This document shows positions 1-8,818 of a stretch of 64,000 bases of DNA, piece by piece (the first letter of the stretch is position 1; each line of letters starts with the position of its first letter). The notes beneath the pieces are model-generated. The model was not told the DNA's origin, made no database searches, and worked only from the letters and a program-made list of their open reading frames with translations. The position numbers and the translations under genes are program-made. Source of the stretch: Acidobacteriota bacterium (GTDB taxonomy: Bacteria; Acidobacteriota; UBA6911; RPQK01; JAJDTT01); contig OZ242374.1 in the NCBI GenBank assembly GCA_965209055.1, forward strand, positions 2,016,001 to 2,080,000, given 5' to 3'.

Positions 1-604
1 GAGCAAGGCGCGCCGGGACGCCCGAGCCCGAGAGCAGGCGGTGAAGAAGGCCGAAGAGAAGATCGCGAAGGGAGAACCGCTCGGGCGGCGCCCGGGACGG
101 TTCCTGAAGCTGAAACGCCATGCGGTCACGCTCAACCGCCAGGCGATCGAACGCGATGCTCTCTTTGATGGACTGCACGGGGTCTGGACCAGCCTGGGCG
201 AACCCCCCGCCTCACAGATCCGGGCGCATTATGCCGAGTTGTGGAGGATCGAGCAGGGCTTCCGGGTGCTCAAACACACGCTCCGGGTACGCCCGGTCTT
301 TCACTGGACTGAGCGCCGGGTTCGCGCCCACGTCGCCCTCTGTTACGTCGCTTTCGCGCTGTTGCGCATCCTGCGCTGGAAGTACGCCCGGCAGCATGCC
401 GGCCAGCCGTCGCTGAGCGAGGACCGAATCCTGGCGGAACTCGGCAACGTGACCGTCTCGCTGATCCGCGATCAGGGCAACGGCAACCGCTACCTGGTCC
501 CCTTCGGCTCCACCCGGGAGCAGCGCTTGCTCTACAAGACGGTCGGCCTCACCCTCCGCCGGACCACGACCCTGCTGTTGTCGCCAAATCGTCCCCAGAG
601 TTGA
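1..604 (+). CDS. IS1634-family (IS4-like DDE) transposase, C-terminal part; 5' end lies outside the window
   Basis: Y..LWRIEQGFRVLK..L.VRPVFHWTERRVRAHV.LC is the Y-x2-R-x3-E-x6-K region typical of IS1634; the frame is open from the window start. Confidence 0.85.
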   Translation, partial: SKARRDARAREQAVKKAEEKIAKGEPLGRRPGRFLKLKRHAVTLNRQAIERDALFDGLHGVWTSLGEPPASQIRAHYAELWRIEQGFRVLKHTLRVRPVFHWTERRVRAHVALCYVAFALLRILRWKYARQHAGQPSLSEDRILAELGNVTVSLIRDQGNGNRYLVPFGSTREQRLLYKTVGLTLRRTTTLLLSPNRPQS

Positions 605-665
605 ACCCCGCCCCGCTCTCCATTTCCTAGCTCTGTAGTGTACTCTGAGAACACTTGCATAATTA

Positions 666-678
666 AATCAATAACTTA
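666..678 (+). promoter_or_regulatory. IHF-consensus site near the IS end
   Basis: AATCAATAACTTA matches WATCAANNNNTTR exactly. Confidence 0.45.
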
Positions 679-889
679 CGGTTCAAAACCGTCGAAGTCA
701 GGACCTTTGTTCGGCCTAAAGGGCCTTGAATTCCAAGGGCGAGAGCTCATTGAGATACAAATTTAGGGTGCTACTCTAATCGATTGGGAATTGCAGCAGG
801 GTGGATGGTGATAACTAGAAATCTGGGGGCAACTCAACACATCTCAATTGCATTATTCATTTATGATCAGTTATTTAAGTCGGTCTTGT

Positions 890-909
890 GATTCCCACCG
901 CCTCCACCA
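890..909 (+). mobile_element. Duplicated 3' end of tmRNA (ssrA) or tRNA-Ala; probable attR of an integrated island lying to the left
   Basis: GATTCCCAC-CGCCTCC-A-CCA reads as T-loop 3' half, T-stem, acceptor strand with U70 (G3:U70 alanine identity) and CCA. No 5' half is present upstream, and it is preceded by AT-rich DNA. Confidence 0.7.
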
Positions 910-960
910 TTTTTCGAGACCCAGCTCGCCTCTCCGGGAAGGCGTCCCATCTCTCTCGCG

Positions 961-974
961 GAGGGGACAGTCAC
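961..974 (+). repeat. Palindromic GGGGAC-A-GTCAC site, copy
   Basis: GAGGGGACAGTCAC followed by a pyrimidine tract, 28 bp from the stop of the next minus-strand gene. Confidence 0.8.
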
Positions 975-1002
975 CATTTCTTTCTCCCGGGCGGGAAGCC
1001 GA

Positions 1003-2670
1003 TCAAAACTCAAGCCAGCCTTGATTCAACGCCAGCACAAGCAACCCTGCTGCCGGGGAGATGACGGCCAGGGCCAATCCGCAAATCCACAGCCACGAGG
1101 TGGTGAATGGTCCGGGACGGATTCGCTCGTCCACGGCGCGGTACCTCAAATAAAGCGTTCCCAGACCAAACACTGGATAGAGCACGACTGCCACAAATCC
1201 CGAAATGATCAACATCAGCGGAGGGTTTTGCAGCAGGCAATACGTCACCGTTCCCATCGTGAGGCCGAAAACGATGTAGAAGCGCGTGAAGCGCAGGCGC
1301 GCCCCGTAGTCGCGCGCGTCAATCACTCCCATCACGCAAAGAGCATCGGCCACCAATCGTGAACTCCCAGCGGTGCCGGAATAGGTCGTCGAGAACAGCA
1401 CCACGAACCCGCCGACCACGAAGAGCGTGGCCGCCCACGGGCCCAACGACTCCGTGAAAATGTTTTGCAGCACACCGAGCGTCTCTTTGCCCGCCGGATC
1501 GCGCTCCGGATACAAAATCGCCGCGCCGAGCAAGTAAAAACAGACGGTGCTGATGGTGAACACGGCCATGGTGAGCAGCACGTCGGTATACATGACGCGT
1601 ATCCACCCGCGAGCCCGCCGCGCCCACTGGTCTCCGGGTTGATTCGCGCCGGTGTGTCGCGCGTAGCCTTTTTCGACGCACCAGTACGTGTAGTGCATCA
1701 TCTCCCAAGTGCCGATCCCGGTCCCCGCGTACATGCCCAGCGCGGTCAACACGATCATCGTCAGCGTCACGTCCACTCCCAGAAACTCGGGAAACGAAAA
1801 CTGGAATCCTTGGCGAATTTGGTCGAACGTAATGGCGTTGTCCGTCCAGTGAAGCAGCGCCGTGCAGAGAATCGTGATCAATGTGAAAACAAGAACCAAT
1901 GCCAGCGATACCCGTTCCAGCATCTTGTAACGGCCCACCAGCAACAGCGCCCCGCAAACCACGGCGACGCCGGCAGTCCACAGCTTGGCGTCGGTGGTTC
2001 CCAGGACGTTTTCAAAACCCAGCGCCAGGGCCTGGCCTGCCCCGCCCATCACCGCGCCGACGTTGATGAACATGACCAATTGACAAGCAAGGTACAGCCA
2101 CAGGAACCACCCCAACATCGGCCGGCTTTGGGCATCCGGCGTTTGCGCCATCTCGCGTTGCCGGCTTCGCATCGCGAGCAACAACGCAGCCACGATCCAA
2201 ATGGACAGCACGCCGGCGGCCAATCCGCCCGCACCGATACCCGAGGCCAGATTCCACGACAAGAGGCCCAGGCCGAGGTATGTGCTGACCACGACTATCA
2301 GCAACCACTCCAGACAAAGCCAACCCGGCCGCCGTCCGCGTGGTCCGGGCAGCTTGTTGAACATCACCAAGATCGTCTCGCCGCTGGAAATCACATGGCG
2401 TCCCAGTTCGGCTTGGACAACGGTCTTGATGACGCAGGAGAGCAGCACAAACCACAAGAGTGCAAAACCAGCTTGTGCGCCGAGCTTGGTCGTCATGATC
2501 AACTCGCCGGAACCGACGATCGAGCCGACCAGGATCAGTCCGGGACCCAAGTACCGCAGGGTCGTCCCGATGCTCTGCGGTGGTTCGCGAAACGTATGCG
2601 CATCGCGCGCGTACAGATCGGCCGGGTCATTCGTTCCGTGCTGTTTGCGCGACGATGGTTTGGCGTTCAT
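1003..2670 (-). CDS. Nramp-like (YcsG-type) membrane transporter, substrate unknown
   Basis: GPGLILVGSIVGSGELI..T..GA..GF.LLW motif and 11-13 hydrophobic segments. Start placed at ATG 2670 (MNAKP). Confidence 0.8.
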   Translation of the reverse strand: MNAKPSSRKQHGTNDPADLYARDAHTFREPPQSIGTTLRYLGPGLILVGSIVGSGELIMTTKLGAQAGFALLWFVLLSCVIKTVVQAELGRHVISSGETILVMFNKLPGPRGRRPGWLCLEWLLIVVVSTYLGLGLLSWNLASGIGAGGLAAGVLSIWIVAALLLAMRSRQREMAQTPDAQSRPMLGWFLWLYLACQLVMFINVGAVMGGAGQALALGFENVLGTTDAKLWTAGVAVVCGALLLVGRYKMLERVSLALVLVFTLITILCTALLHWTDNAITFDQIRQGFQFSFPEFLGVDVTLTMIVLTALGMYAGTGIGTWEMMHYTYWCVEKGYARHTGANQPGDQWARRARGWIRVMYTDVLLTMAVFTISTVCFYLLGAAILYPERDPAGKETLGVLQNIFTESLGPWAATLFVVGGFVVLFSTTYSGTAGSSRLVADALCVMGVIDARDYGARLRFTRFYIVFGLTMGTVTYCLLQNPPLMLIISGFVAVVLYPVFGLGTLYLRYRAVDERIRPGPFTTSWLWICGLALAVISPAAGLLVLALNQGWLEF

Positions 2671-2791
2671 GACGGACTCGGTTGACGGATCGAGCCGGCC
2701 ATTCTTTGCTGCATGACACCAGTTGCGCGAATTCGGGTGATCCTCACGATGGCACCCGCAGTTTACATTCCTGGCGCGTTGAAGACTCAGT

Positions 2792-2814
2792 GAGAAGGGG
2801 ACAGTCACTTTTTC
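2792..2814 (+). repeat. Palindromic GGGGAC-A-GTCAC site, copy
   Basis: GAGAAGGGGAC A GTCACTTTTTC, an imperfect inverted repeat centred on one A. Confidence 0.85.
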
Positions 2815-2872
2815 TTCCTTCCCTTTTTCTTTCCTCCGGGGAGACTCGGGTCAGGACAGGCCCCTGCCGTTG

Positions 2873-5230
2873 TCAGAACCGCAACAACTTGTTGATCTTG
2901 ATGACCAAGCCGCGGTTCCGCAGGTCCCAGCCCCGGTCGGGGCGCAAGCCGCCGGTGACGTCGCGGTCGTCGGTGTAGACGACGAAGAGCTCGCTGCCCG
3001 GGCTGTACTCCCACCGCAGGCGCAGGTTGCTGCTGAAGGAGTTGCTGGCCGAGTTGTACTGGATGAGCCCGCTGAAGAACATGCGGGGGGTGAACGCGTA
3101 GTTGACCCGCGTCACCGCCAGGTTCGTCTGGAACGCCCCGTACGGCGTTTCGATCCAGTTGAAGGACACGGTCGGCTCCACCGACATCTGCGGCAGCACC
3201 GCGATGCGGCCCTGCGTGAGTTCCAACGTCGTCAGGTCCCCGCCGAAGTAGGCGCCCCGTCTCACCGCCACCGTTCCGTTGAAGCGGCGTTGCTGTGCCA
3301 TGGAGTACGCCACGTGGACGTCGGCGAACCTGTAGCCTCCCGCCGGGATCGAGAATCCGGCGCCGGCAGGAACGAACGGCTCGACCAGCAACTCGTAGCT
3401 GTCGGTCACCGTCAGAGTCACCCGGTCGCTGGACTCGAACTCGGTCTCGAACGCCACGATGTTCTGGCGCGTCTCCAGGTGGTTCTCGTCAGCCGTCAGG
3501 ATGGTGTCGATGCCGCCCTCCAGGGTGAACTGCCGGACGCTCTTGATCGACGCCGGCCGGGGGCTGAATCGCGCCGACGTGAAGGTGCGCCTGAAGTTGT
3601 CGCGCCGCAGGAAGCCCACCTCCGGCAGGAAGTTGTCCTCCACCACGAGGTGGTCCACCTGGAACCCGTAGCGGTCCGCTGCGTACTCGAACTTGCCCTG
3701 GTAGCTCAGGTCCTTGCCCTGGTATTCGGGACCGGGAAGCTGGGTCCGGGCAATGTAGGTAATCAGGTTGACGTTTTCGAAGAAGGCGAAGGTGCCGTCG
3801 ACGCCGTAGGCCTGGCTTGAACCCGGGGCCACCCGGGAGACCGAGCGGTTGGTGAACATGGCGCCCACGGAGCTGCGCCGCAGAATGTCGCGCCGGAGAC
3901 GGACGACCGAGAAATTGGTCGGCGAGGAGTCCGAGACCGACTCCTCGCCGGCGTGGATGTTCAGCAGCCCCACGTCGAACCTTCCAACCTTGCCGGTGAC
4001 CCGCGCTCCGCCGACGATCGGCACCACGCGGCCCTCCTCCAGCCCGATCTTCCGGCTGTAGAAGAGCTGCGGCACGTTCACGTCGCCGAAGAACCCGGGG
4101 ACCTGCCGGCGGGCCGCACTGGTGCCGCGCGTGAAGCCGCCGGTGGCGAAGCCGAAGATGCCCCGTCCTTCGAGGAAGAACTCCCGCTTCTCCGGAAAGA
4201 ACAGCGGGAAGCGGGTCAGGTTCACCTGCCGCTCGTCCACCTCGACTTGGGCGAAGTCGGTGTTCCAGGTGAAGTCCGCGGTCAGGTTCTGCGTGATGCC
4301 GTACTTGACGTCGATGCCGCCGTCGGCGCTGACCTCGTTGATCTTCACCGGGGTCGCGGCCCTGTCCGTGGTCAAGCCGCCGATGGCATAGGGTTTGAGC
4401 TCGATGTTGCGCCCCGCCGCTGGAGGCTCGAGGCCAACCAGCGAACCGGCCTGCGAGACGCGGAACATCCCGCGAGCACCGCCGCCGGCTCCGGACGCGA
4501 CGGGCAACCGCGTCAGATAGACCCACTCGTTCTTGCGCCGGATTGCGCGGCGGAGCTGAACGCCTCAGATATGAGGCGGATCCGAGCGGTAACGCAGGGT
4601 CTTGAACGGGATCTGCATCTCCACCGTCCAGCCGCCGTCGAAGCGGCCGGTACGCACGTCCCAGACCGGGTTCCAGTCCGCGTTCGGATTGCCCTCGTTC
4701 GTGAACTGCTGGTCTGCGCGGGCGCCGAGTGGATTGGTGTAGAAGTGGACTGCGTTGCGGCGGTCGTAAAACGTATCGAACAGCACGGCGAACGTGTCGT
4801 TCTGACGGAGCTGGCTGGTGTCGCGGCGCATCTCGTTGGCCACCCACTGGCTCTCGGGCGCCGAGTCCCAGACCCGCGCCGAGACGTAGATATTCGTCTC
4901 GTCGAACAGGATCCACGCCTCGGTCCGCTCGGTCGCCGCCGCTCCCACATCCGGCGTCAGTTGAATGAAGCCGCTGATGGCGGGAACTGTCCCGTAGACG
5001 GCTTCGTCCAGCACTCCGTCGAAGTCGATACTCTCATCCAGCCTCACCGCCCGAACCGTCGCCTGACCCTGATCGTTGCGGGTCATCACCGCCGGAGGAA
5101 CGGGAGCCGGCGGACCATCGATGAGAGCCGGGTCGACCACACCGGTGGAGTCCGTCTGGCCGGCCGTCGCCTGCCCCACAAAGCTCGACAGCAGAAGAAC
5201 CGATCCCACCAGGCACATTGGTCGCAACAA
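2873..5230 (-). pseudogene. CBM9-like/DUF5916 outer-membrane protein interrupted by a single in-frame TGA at 4565-4567
   Basis: ORFs 4565-5230 and 2873-4507 share a frame: ...RYRSDPPHI*GVQLRRAIRRKNEW.... Other motifs: NTDFAQVEVD..QVNLTRF.LFFPEKREFFLEG, an N-terminal signal peptide, a C-terminal F, and AGGAGG before TTG 5230. Confidence 0.8.
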
Positions 5231-5312
5231 AGGTCGTCCTCCTGTGCCACATCGCGCCGCAGGAACGGTTCCACCAATTGAGGCGGTCTTTGCTGCTGGC
5301 ATATGCCACATC

Positions 5313-5360
5313 GAGAAGGGGACAGTCACGTTCTCACGAAAAGGGGACAGTCAGGATCTC
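5313..5360 (+). repeat. Two adjacent palindromic GGGGAC-A-GTCA sites
   Basis: GAGAAGGGGACAGTCACGTTCTC (5313-5335) and GAAAAGGGGACAGTCAGGATCTC (5338-5360). Confidence 0.85.
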
Positions 5361-5393
5361 ACACGAGCGGGGTCATGCAGGATCAGTCCATGG

Positions 5394-5594
5394 CTACCAG
5401 CTACGCTCTCTTTTGGCCACCCCTGTGAACTCGAAACGCCCCTCGAATTCCCGGAAGTCGATATTGACCAGTTCCCAGCCTTCTCTGCCAAGGCTGTTGA
5501 AATACTTTTCGACGCCTGGTCGGTCCCTGCCCTTGAGGATTCCCGCGCGAGGGATATCCTTCGAATCAAGAACTTTGTACTCCCACTTTTTCAT
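5394..5594 (-). CDS. DUF4177-family small protein, copy 1
   Basis: MKKWEYKV...LN/FN.LG.EGWELV...KR pattern, with a GGAGG RBS. Confidence 0.8.
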   Translation of the reverse strand: MKKWEYKVLDSKDIPRAGILKGRDRPGVEKYFNSLGREGWELVNIDFREFEGRFEFTGVAKRERSW

Positions 5595-5670
5595 CCCATC
5601 CTCCCTTACGAGTGACTGAGGTATTGGCGAATTGACGAGGGCAAAAATACTGGATTCAGACCATAGATAA

Positions 5671-5731
5671 GAAGGGTACAGGGGACAGTCACTTTCCCGC
5701 AGGCGGATGAAAAGGGGACAGGCACGTTCTC
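5671..5731 (+). repeat. Two palindromic GGGGAC-A-G(T/G)CAC sites
   Basis: GAAGGGTACA-GGGGACAGTCACTTTCCC (5671-5698) and GAAAAGGGGACAGGCACGTTCTC (5709-5731). Confidence 0.85.
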
Positions 5732-5764
5732 ACACGAGCGGGCTCATGCAGGCTAAGTCGATGG

Positions 5765-5980
5765 TTACGCTCCTATCTGTCTCTTGGCCACACCCCTGAA
5801 GGCCACACCCGCGAAGTCGAAGCGGTGCTTCAATTGCCGGAAGTCTGCATGGACCAGTTCCCAGCCTTGTTGGCCAAGTCTGTTGAGATACTGTTCGACG
5901 TCTGATCTTTCCTTGTCCCCGAAGAGTCCTCCGCCGGGGATATCCGATAAGTCCAAAACTTTGTACTCCCACTTTTTCAT
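5765..5980 (-). CDS. DUF4177-family small protein, copy 2
   Basis: MKKWEYKV...YLNRLGQQGWELV...KR. Upstream and downstream flanks are similar to copy 1. Confidence 0.8.
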   Translation of the reverse strand: MKKWEYKVLDLSDIPGGGLFGDKERSDVEQYLNRLGQQGWELVHADFRQLKHRFDFAGVAFRGVAKRQIGA

Positions 5981-6043
5981 CCCATCCTCCCTTAGAAGTG
6001 ACCAAGTCTTTGACGAATGCCAAAATACTGAACTCAGACCTTA

Positions 6044-6086
6044 GATGAGAAGGGGACAGTGATGAGAAGGGGACAGTCACTTTCCC
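6044..6086 (+). repeat. Palindromic site with a tandemly duplicated left half
   Basis: GATGAGAAGGGGACAGT occurs twice (6044-6060, 6061-6077), then CACTTTCCC. Confidence 0.85.
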
Positions 6087-6183
6087 ACAGGCCCGGCGAC
6101 GATAAACCTTCACTCAGAGAGTGGACCTGATTCAGGGGGGAGATCAACGCATAGCGCGGATCTGACCAGGAAATTGCCGATCC

Positions 6184-7161
6184 CTACCGGAAAGTCACGA
6201 GAAGGAGAAGTGCAGTGAAAGCGCCCGCGACGGCCGCGGCCGTCCAACAGATGACGATCTCCGCACGGCGGAAGTCACCCGCCGAGTTTGCGGGGGAGTC
6301 TCCGGCGTCTCCCAGCCACACGTCGGTGACCAGGCGCCCGCGCCACCAGATCGGCCCGATGAGGCGGCGCTGGAGAGCGCCGGCGATCGCAGCTTCGCTC
6401 CATCCCGCGTTCGGTCCGGGGACCACCGCATGTTGACGCCAGCCGACAGCCAACGCCTTCCGCGCCGAGGCGCTGGGGACGAACGCCGCGACGAGGGCGA
6501 TCAGCAGCCATGTCAGCCGCGCCGGGACGAGGTTCATCAAGTCGTCCAGGCGCGCTCCACACCAACCGAACTTCAGGTATTTGGGTGTCTTGTACCCGAC
6601 CATGGAGTCCATCGTGCTGACGACTTTGAACAGCACGATGCCCGGAAGGCCCAGCAGGACGTACCAGAAAACCGGCGAGACGAATCCGTCGACGAGGTTC
6701 TCGCTCATGCTTTCGATGGCGGCGCGCCGGCAGGCGGCGGCATCCATACGGTCGGCGTCGCGGCCGACGAGTTTGCCGATCCCGGCGCGGGCGGCGGGGA
6801 GATCGCCCTTCGTCGCCGCCCGATCAACCTCCCGGCCGTGTTTGAGCAGGTCGCCGAGCGCGATCAGGCTGTAGAGGGCGAACAGGTGAAGCGCCGTCGC
6901 CGCCCAAGGGTGCGTCCGCTGAAGACTCAGAACCAGAACCGAGACGCCGCCCGCCCAGAGAACCGCCAGGGCGAGGAACAACAGGCAGCCGCCGATGCGG
7001 CCGTCGGCGCCGGCGCCGCGAAGTCGAACATCCCACCAGGCGAGCGTTGCACCGATCAAACGAATCGGATGCCAGCGGTAGACCGGATCGCCGAATACGA
7101 AGTCCAGGGCCACGGCCGCCGCCAGCAATTCCGCGCGCGGGGCCAAGAGAATCAGGTCCAC
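6184..7161 (-). CDS. cbiB: Adenosylcobinamide-phosphate synthase CbiB (CobD/CbiB family)
   Basis: D..FGDP...HP, VGRD, AAIES..EN..DG..SP.FW, TMDSMVGY, ARLDD..N..PARL and PNAGW.EAA.AGAL motifs. Confidence 0.93.
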   Translation of the reverse strand: MDLILLAPRAELLAAAVALDFVFGDPVYRWHPIRLIGATLAWWDVRLRGAGADGRIGGCLLFLALAVLWAGGVSVLVLSLQRTHPWAATALHLFALYSLIALGDLLKHGREVDRAATKGDLPAARAGIGKLVGRDADRMDAAACRRAAIESMSENLVDGFVSPVFWYVLLGLPGIVLFKVVSTMDSMVGYKTPKYLKFGWCGARLDDLMNLVPARLTWLLIALVAAFVPSASARKALAVGWRQHAVVPGPNAGWSEAAIAGALQRRLIGPIWWRGRLVTDVWLGDAGDSPANSAGDFRRAEIVICWTAAAVAGAFTALLLLVTFR

Positions 7162-8306
7162 TTCGATTTCCAGCCCAGCGCCAACGCTCGAACGACCAGA
7201 TCCATGGTGTCGTCGGGTTCTTCACCCGGCTCGGCGAGCTCGCGCCGGAACAACGGCCAGTCCTGGGGACGCGCGGCGAGCGAGCAGGCCAGACACGCCG
7301 CCTGCTGCCGAAGCGATTCCTTCGCCATCCCGGCAGGCAGCGTTCCGAAGGCGATGCGGTCCAGGACGGCGGCGAAGGCGTAGGCCGCGGCGGCTACGCC
7401 AGGCTCGAAGAACACGGCCTTCCGGTTCTTCCGGAGCAACGTATGTTGCGCCTCGGGGAGTAGCTCGGCAAGGCCGCTGAGCGCCCGCTCCTCGGTGAGC
7501 CCGAAGCGTCCCAAAGCGTGGAAGAGCCCGCGGATGTAGGACGGCTCGAGGCCGTTTTGCCAGCGCAACGCCTCCTTCGTCGCGTCCTTGACGGCGACGC
7601 CGATGATTTCTCCGAGCTTGACGTGCGGACTGGTCGAAGCGTGGGCCTTCCGACCGGGAACGAGCGGCGCTGCCAGACAGAACTGGTCCGTGCCGGTGCC
7701 GGTCGCGATCGTCGGCGAGTACCGGCTCGGGACCGCGAGTTCGGCCAACGCGGCGGACTTCGCCTCCGTCATCGTCACCACGGCGCGCGCCTGGGCCGGG
7801 GCGGTGACCGGGCAATTGAGCAGCAGGATGGTGTTGATCGTGCCCTGGTTCGCCAGCTTCCTCCAGCCGTCACCGGTCTCCGTCCACTGCGCGGGGTCAC
7901 TTGCACGCGCCGCGTTGCCGGAGACGCCGGCGGTGACGAATGCATCGGCCCGGATGTCCTCGAACTCGGCCCAGCGATGCGCGGCGTAGGCCATGTTGGC
8001 CGCCGTGCCCATCAGCGCTGCGTTTTCCGGATCGACTCCTATCTCCGAACACACGTGGTCGTGATAGCCGGCGAGCCCGAGGCGATGGATGAGCTCCATG
8101 CGCGCCACGTCTCCGCGGGCTTCGCAGCTCTGGTGGTTCACCAGATAGCGCAATTCGTCCTGCTGTCCGCCCCCTCGCGTAGAAGTGCTCAGAACGCGGT
8201 GAGCCGTAAGCAACTCGACGACGAGGTGGCGGCCGAAGCGGCGAGCGACGAAAAGGCCGGAGGCGTGCAAAGTCTCGGCGGGAAGCTGGTGCGGTGAAGC
8301 TACCAT
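7152..8306 (-). CDS. cbiZ: Adenosylcobinamide amidohydrolase CbiZ
   Basis: LMGTAANM, VTAGVSGNA, GTINTI, TMTEAKSAAL and ATGTGTDQ motifs. Start at ATG 8306. Confidence 0.92.
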   Translation of the reverse strand: MVASPHQLPAETLHASGLFVARRFGRHLVVELLTAHRVLSTSTRGGGQQDELRYLVNHQSCEARGDVARMELIHRLGLAGYHDHVCSEIGVDPENAALMGTAANMAYAAHRWAEFEDIRADAFVTAGVSGNAARASDPAQWTETGDGWRKLANQGTINTILLLNCPVTAPAQARAVVTMTEAKSAALAELAVPSRYSPTIATGTGTDQFCLAAPLVPGRKAHASTSPHVKLGEIIGVAVKDATKEALRWQNGLEPSYIRGLFHALGRFGLTEERALSGLAELLPEAQHTLLRKNRKAVFFEPGVAAAAYAFAAVLDRIAFGTLPAGMAKESLRQQAACLACSLAARPQDWPLFRRELAEPGEEPDDTMDLVVRALALGWKSKWT

Positions 8307-8321
8307 CTCGTGGGACCCGCG

Positions 8322-8331
8322 ATTATACACA
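8322..8331 (-). promoter_or_regulatory. Extended -10 promoter for cbiZ-cbiB
   Basis: The minus strand reads TGTGTATAAT about 15 nt before ATG 8306. Confidence 0.5.
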
Positions 8332-8355
8332 ATCCGGCATGAGGGAAGCCTCGGC

Positions 8356-8385
8356 TTGACTTCCATTTCGGACTGCCGATATATT
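8356..8385 (+). promoter_or_regulatory. Sigma70-type promoter of the riboswitch-led operon
   Basis: TTGACT-N18-TATATT immediately upstream of the riboswitch. Confidence 0.55.
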
Positions 8386-8391
8386 CGAATC

Positions 8392-8570
8392 GCTCTCAGG
8401 AGCCCTTACGGGCGTAACAGGGAAGCCGGTGCGAATCCGGCGCGGTCCCGCCACTGTGAGCGGCAAGCTGCTTCCAACAAGCCACTGAGGCGAGAGCCTT
8501 AGGAAGGCGGGAGCAGCGTGGGCGATCCAATTCGTCCGAAGCCGCGAGTCAGGAGACCTTCCTGGGGCGA
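8392..8570 (+). ncRNA. Cobalamin (AdoCbl) riboswitch
   Basis: AACAGGGAAGCCGGTGCGAATCCGGCGCGGTCCCGCCACTGTGA ... AAGCCACTG ... GGAAGGC ... GAGTCAGGAGACCT (B12 box), upstream of cob/btu genes. Confidence 0.95.
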
Positions 8571-8599
8571 TAAGGCGTATTGAATCCGCGAGGAACCGG

Positions 8600-8731
8600 A
8601 TGAACGACCTGGCAACCCCTCCTCTTGGGCCGACGGCGACCGTCGGAATCAGACTTGCGTTCTTGCGCAAGTTGACCGATCCGTCCTGGACCCTGGACAG
8701 GTTCTACCAGACACTCTCGACCCATTCCTGA
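8600..8731 (+). CDS. Possible 43-aa upstream ORF in the riboswitch leader
   Basis: GAGGA 5 nt before ATG 8600; open to TGA 8729-8731 (MNDLATPPLG...LSTHS). No recognisable family. Confidence 0.3.
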   Translation: MNDLATPPLGPTATVGIRLAFLRKLTDPSWTLDRFYQTLSTHS

Positions 8732-8818
8732 TTAGCGATCGGGCCGACTCCGGTTGGTCCGCGGATTTGTACGCCGCAATTCTTGAGCCCACAAACCAAT
8801 GGGCAAGGAGGTGGCGAA

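Larger units (their letters stand above)
1..702 (+). mobile_element. Right part of an IS1634-family insertion sequence
   Basis: The transposase is followed by an AT-rich tail ending GTCGAAGTCAGG (691-702), which resembles IS1634-type termini. The left IR is not in the window. Confidence 0.6.

Noticed and set aside
820-909. Complete tRNA or tmRNA gene
   Set aside because: Only the 3' ~20 nt match. GGGGGC at ~825 is not followed by D or anticodon arms or by GTTCG.
4565-4567. Selenocysteine or genetic code 4/25 recoding
   Set aside because: The position fits Trp rather than Cys, no SECIS-like hairpin was recognised, and TGA ends many other genes here.
961-6086. The recurring GGGGACAGTCAC motif as a CRISPR array
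   Set aside because: Spacing is irregular (17 bp to 2.5 kb), whole genes lie between copies, and there are no cas genes.
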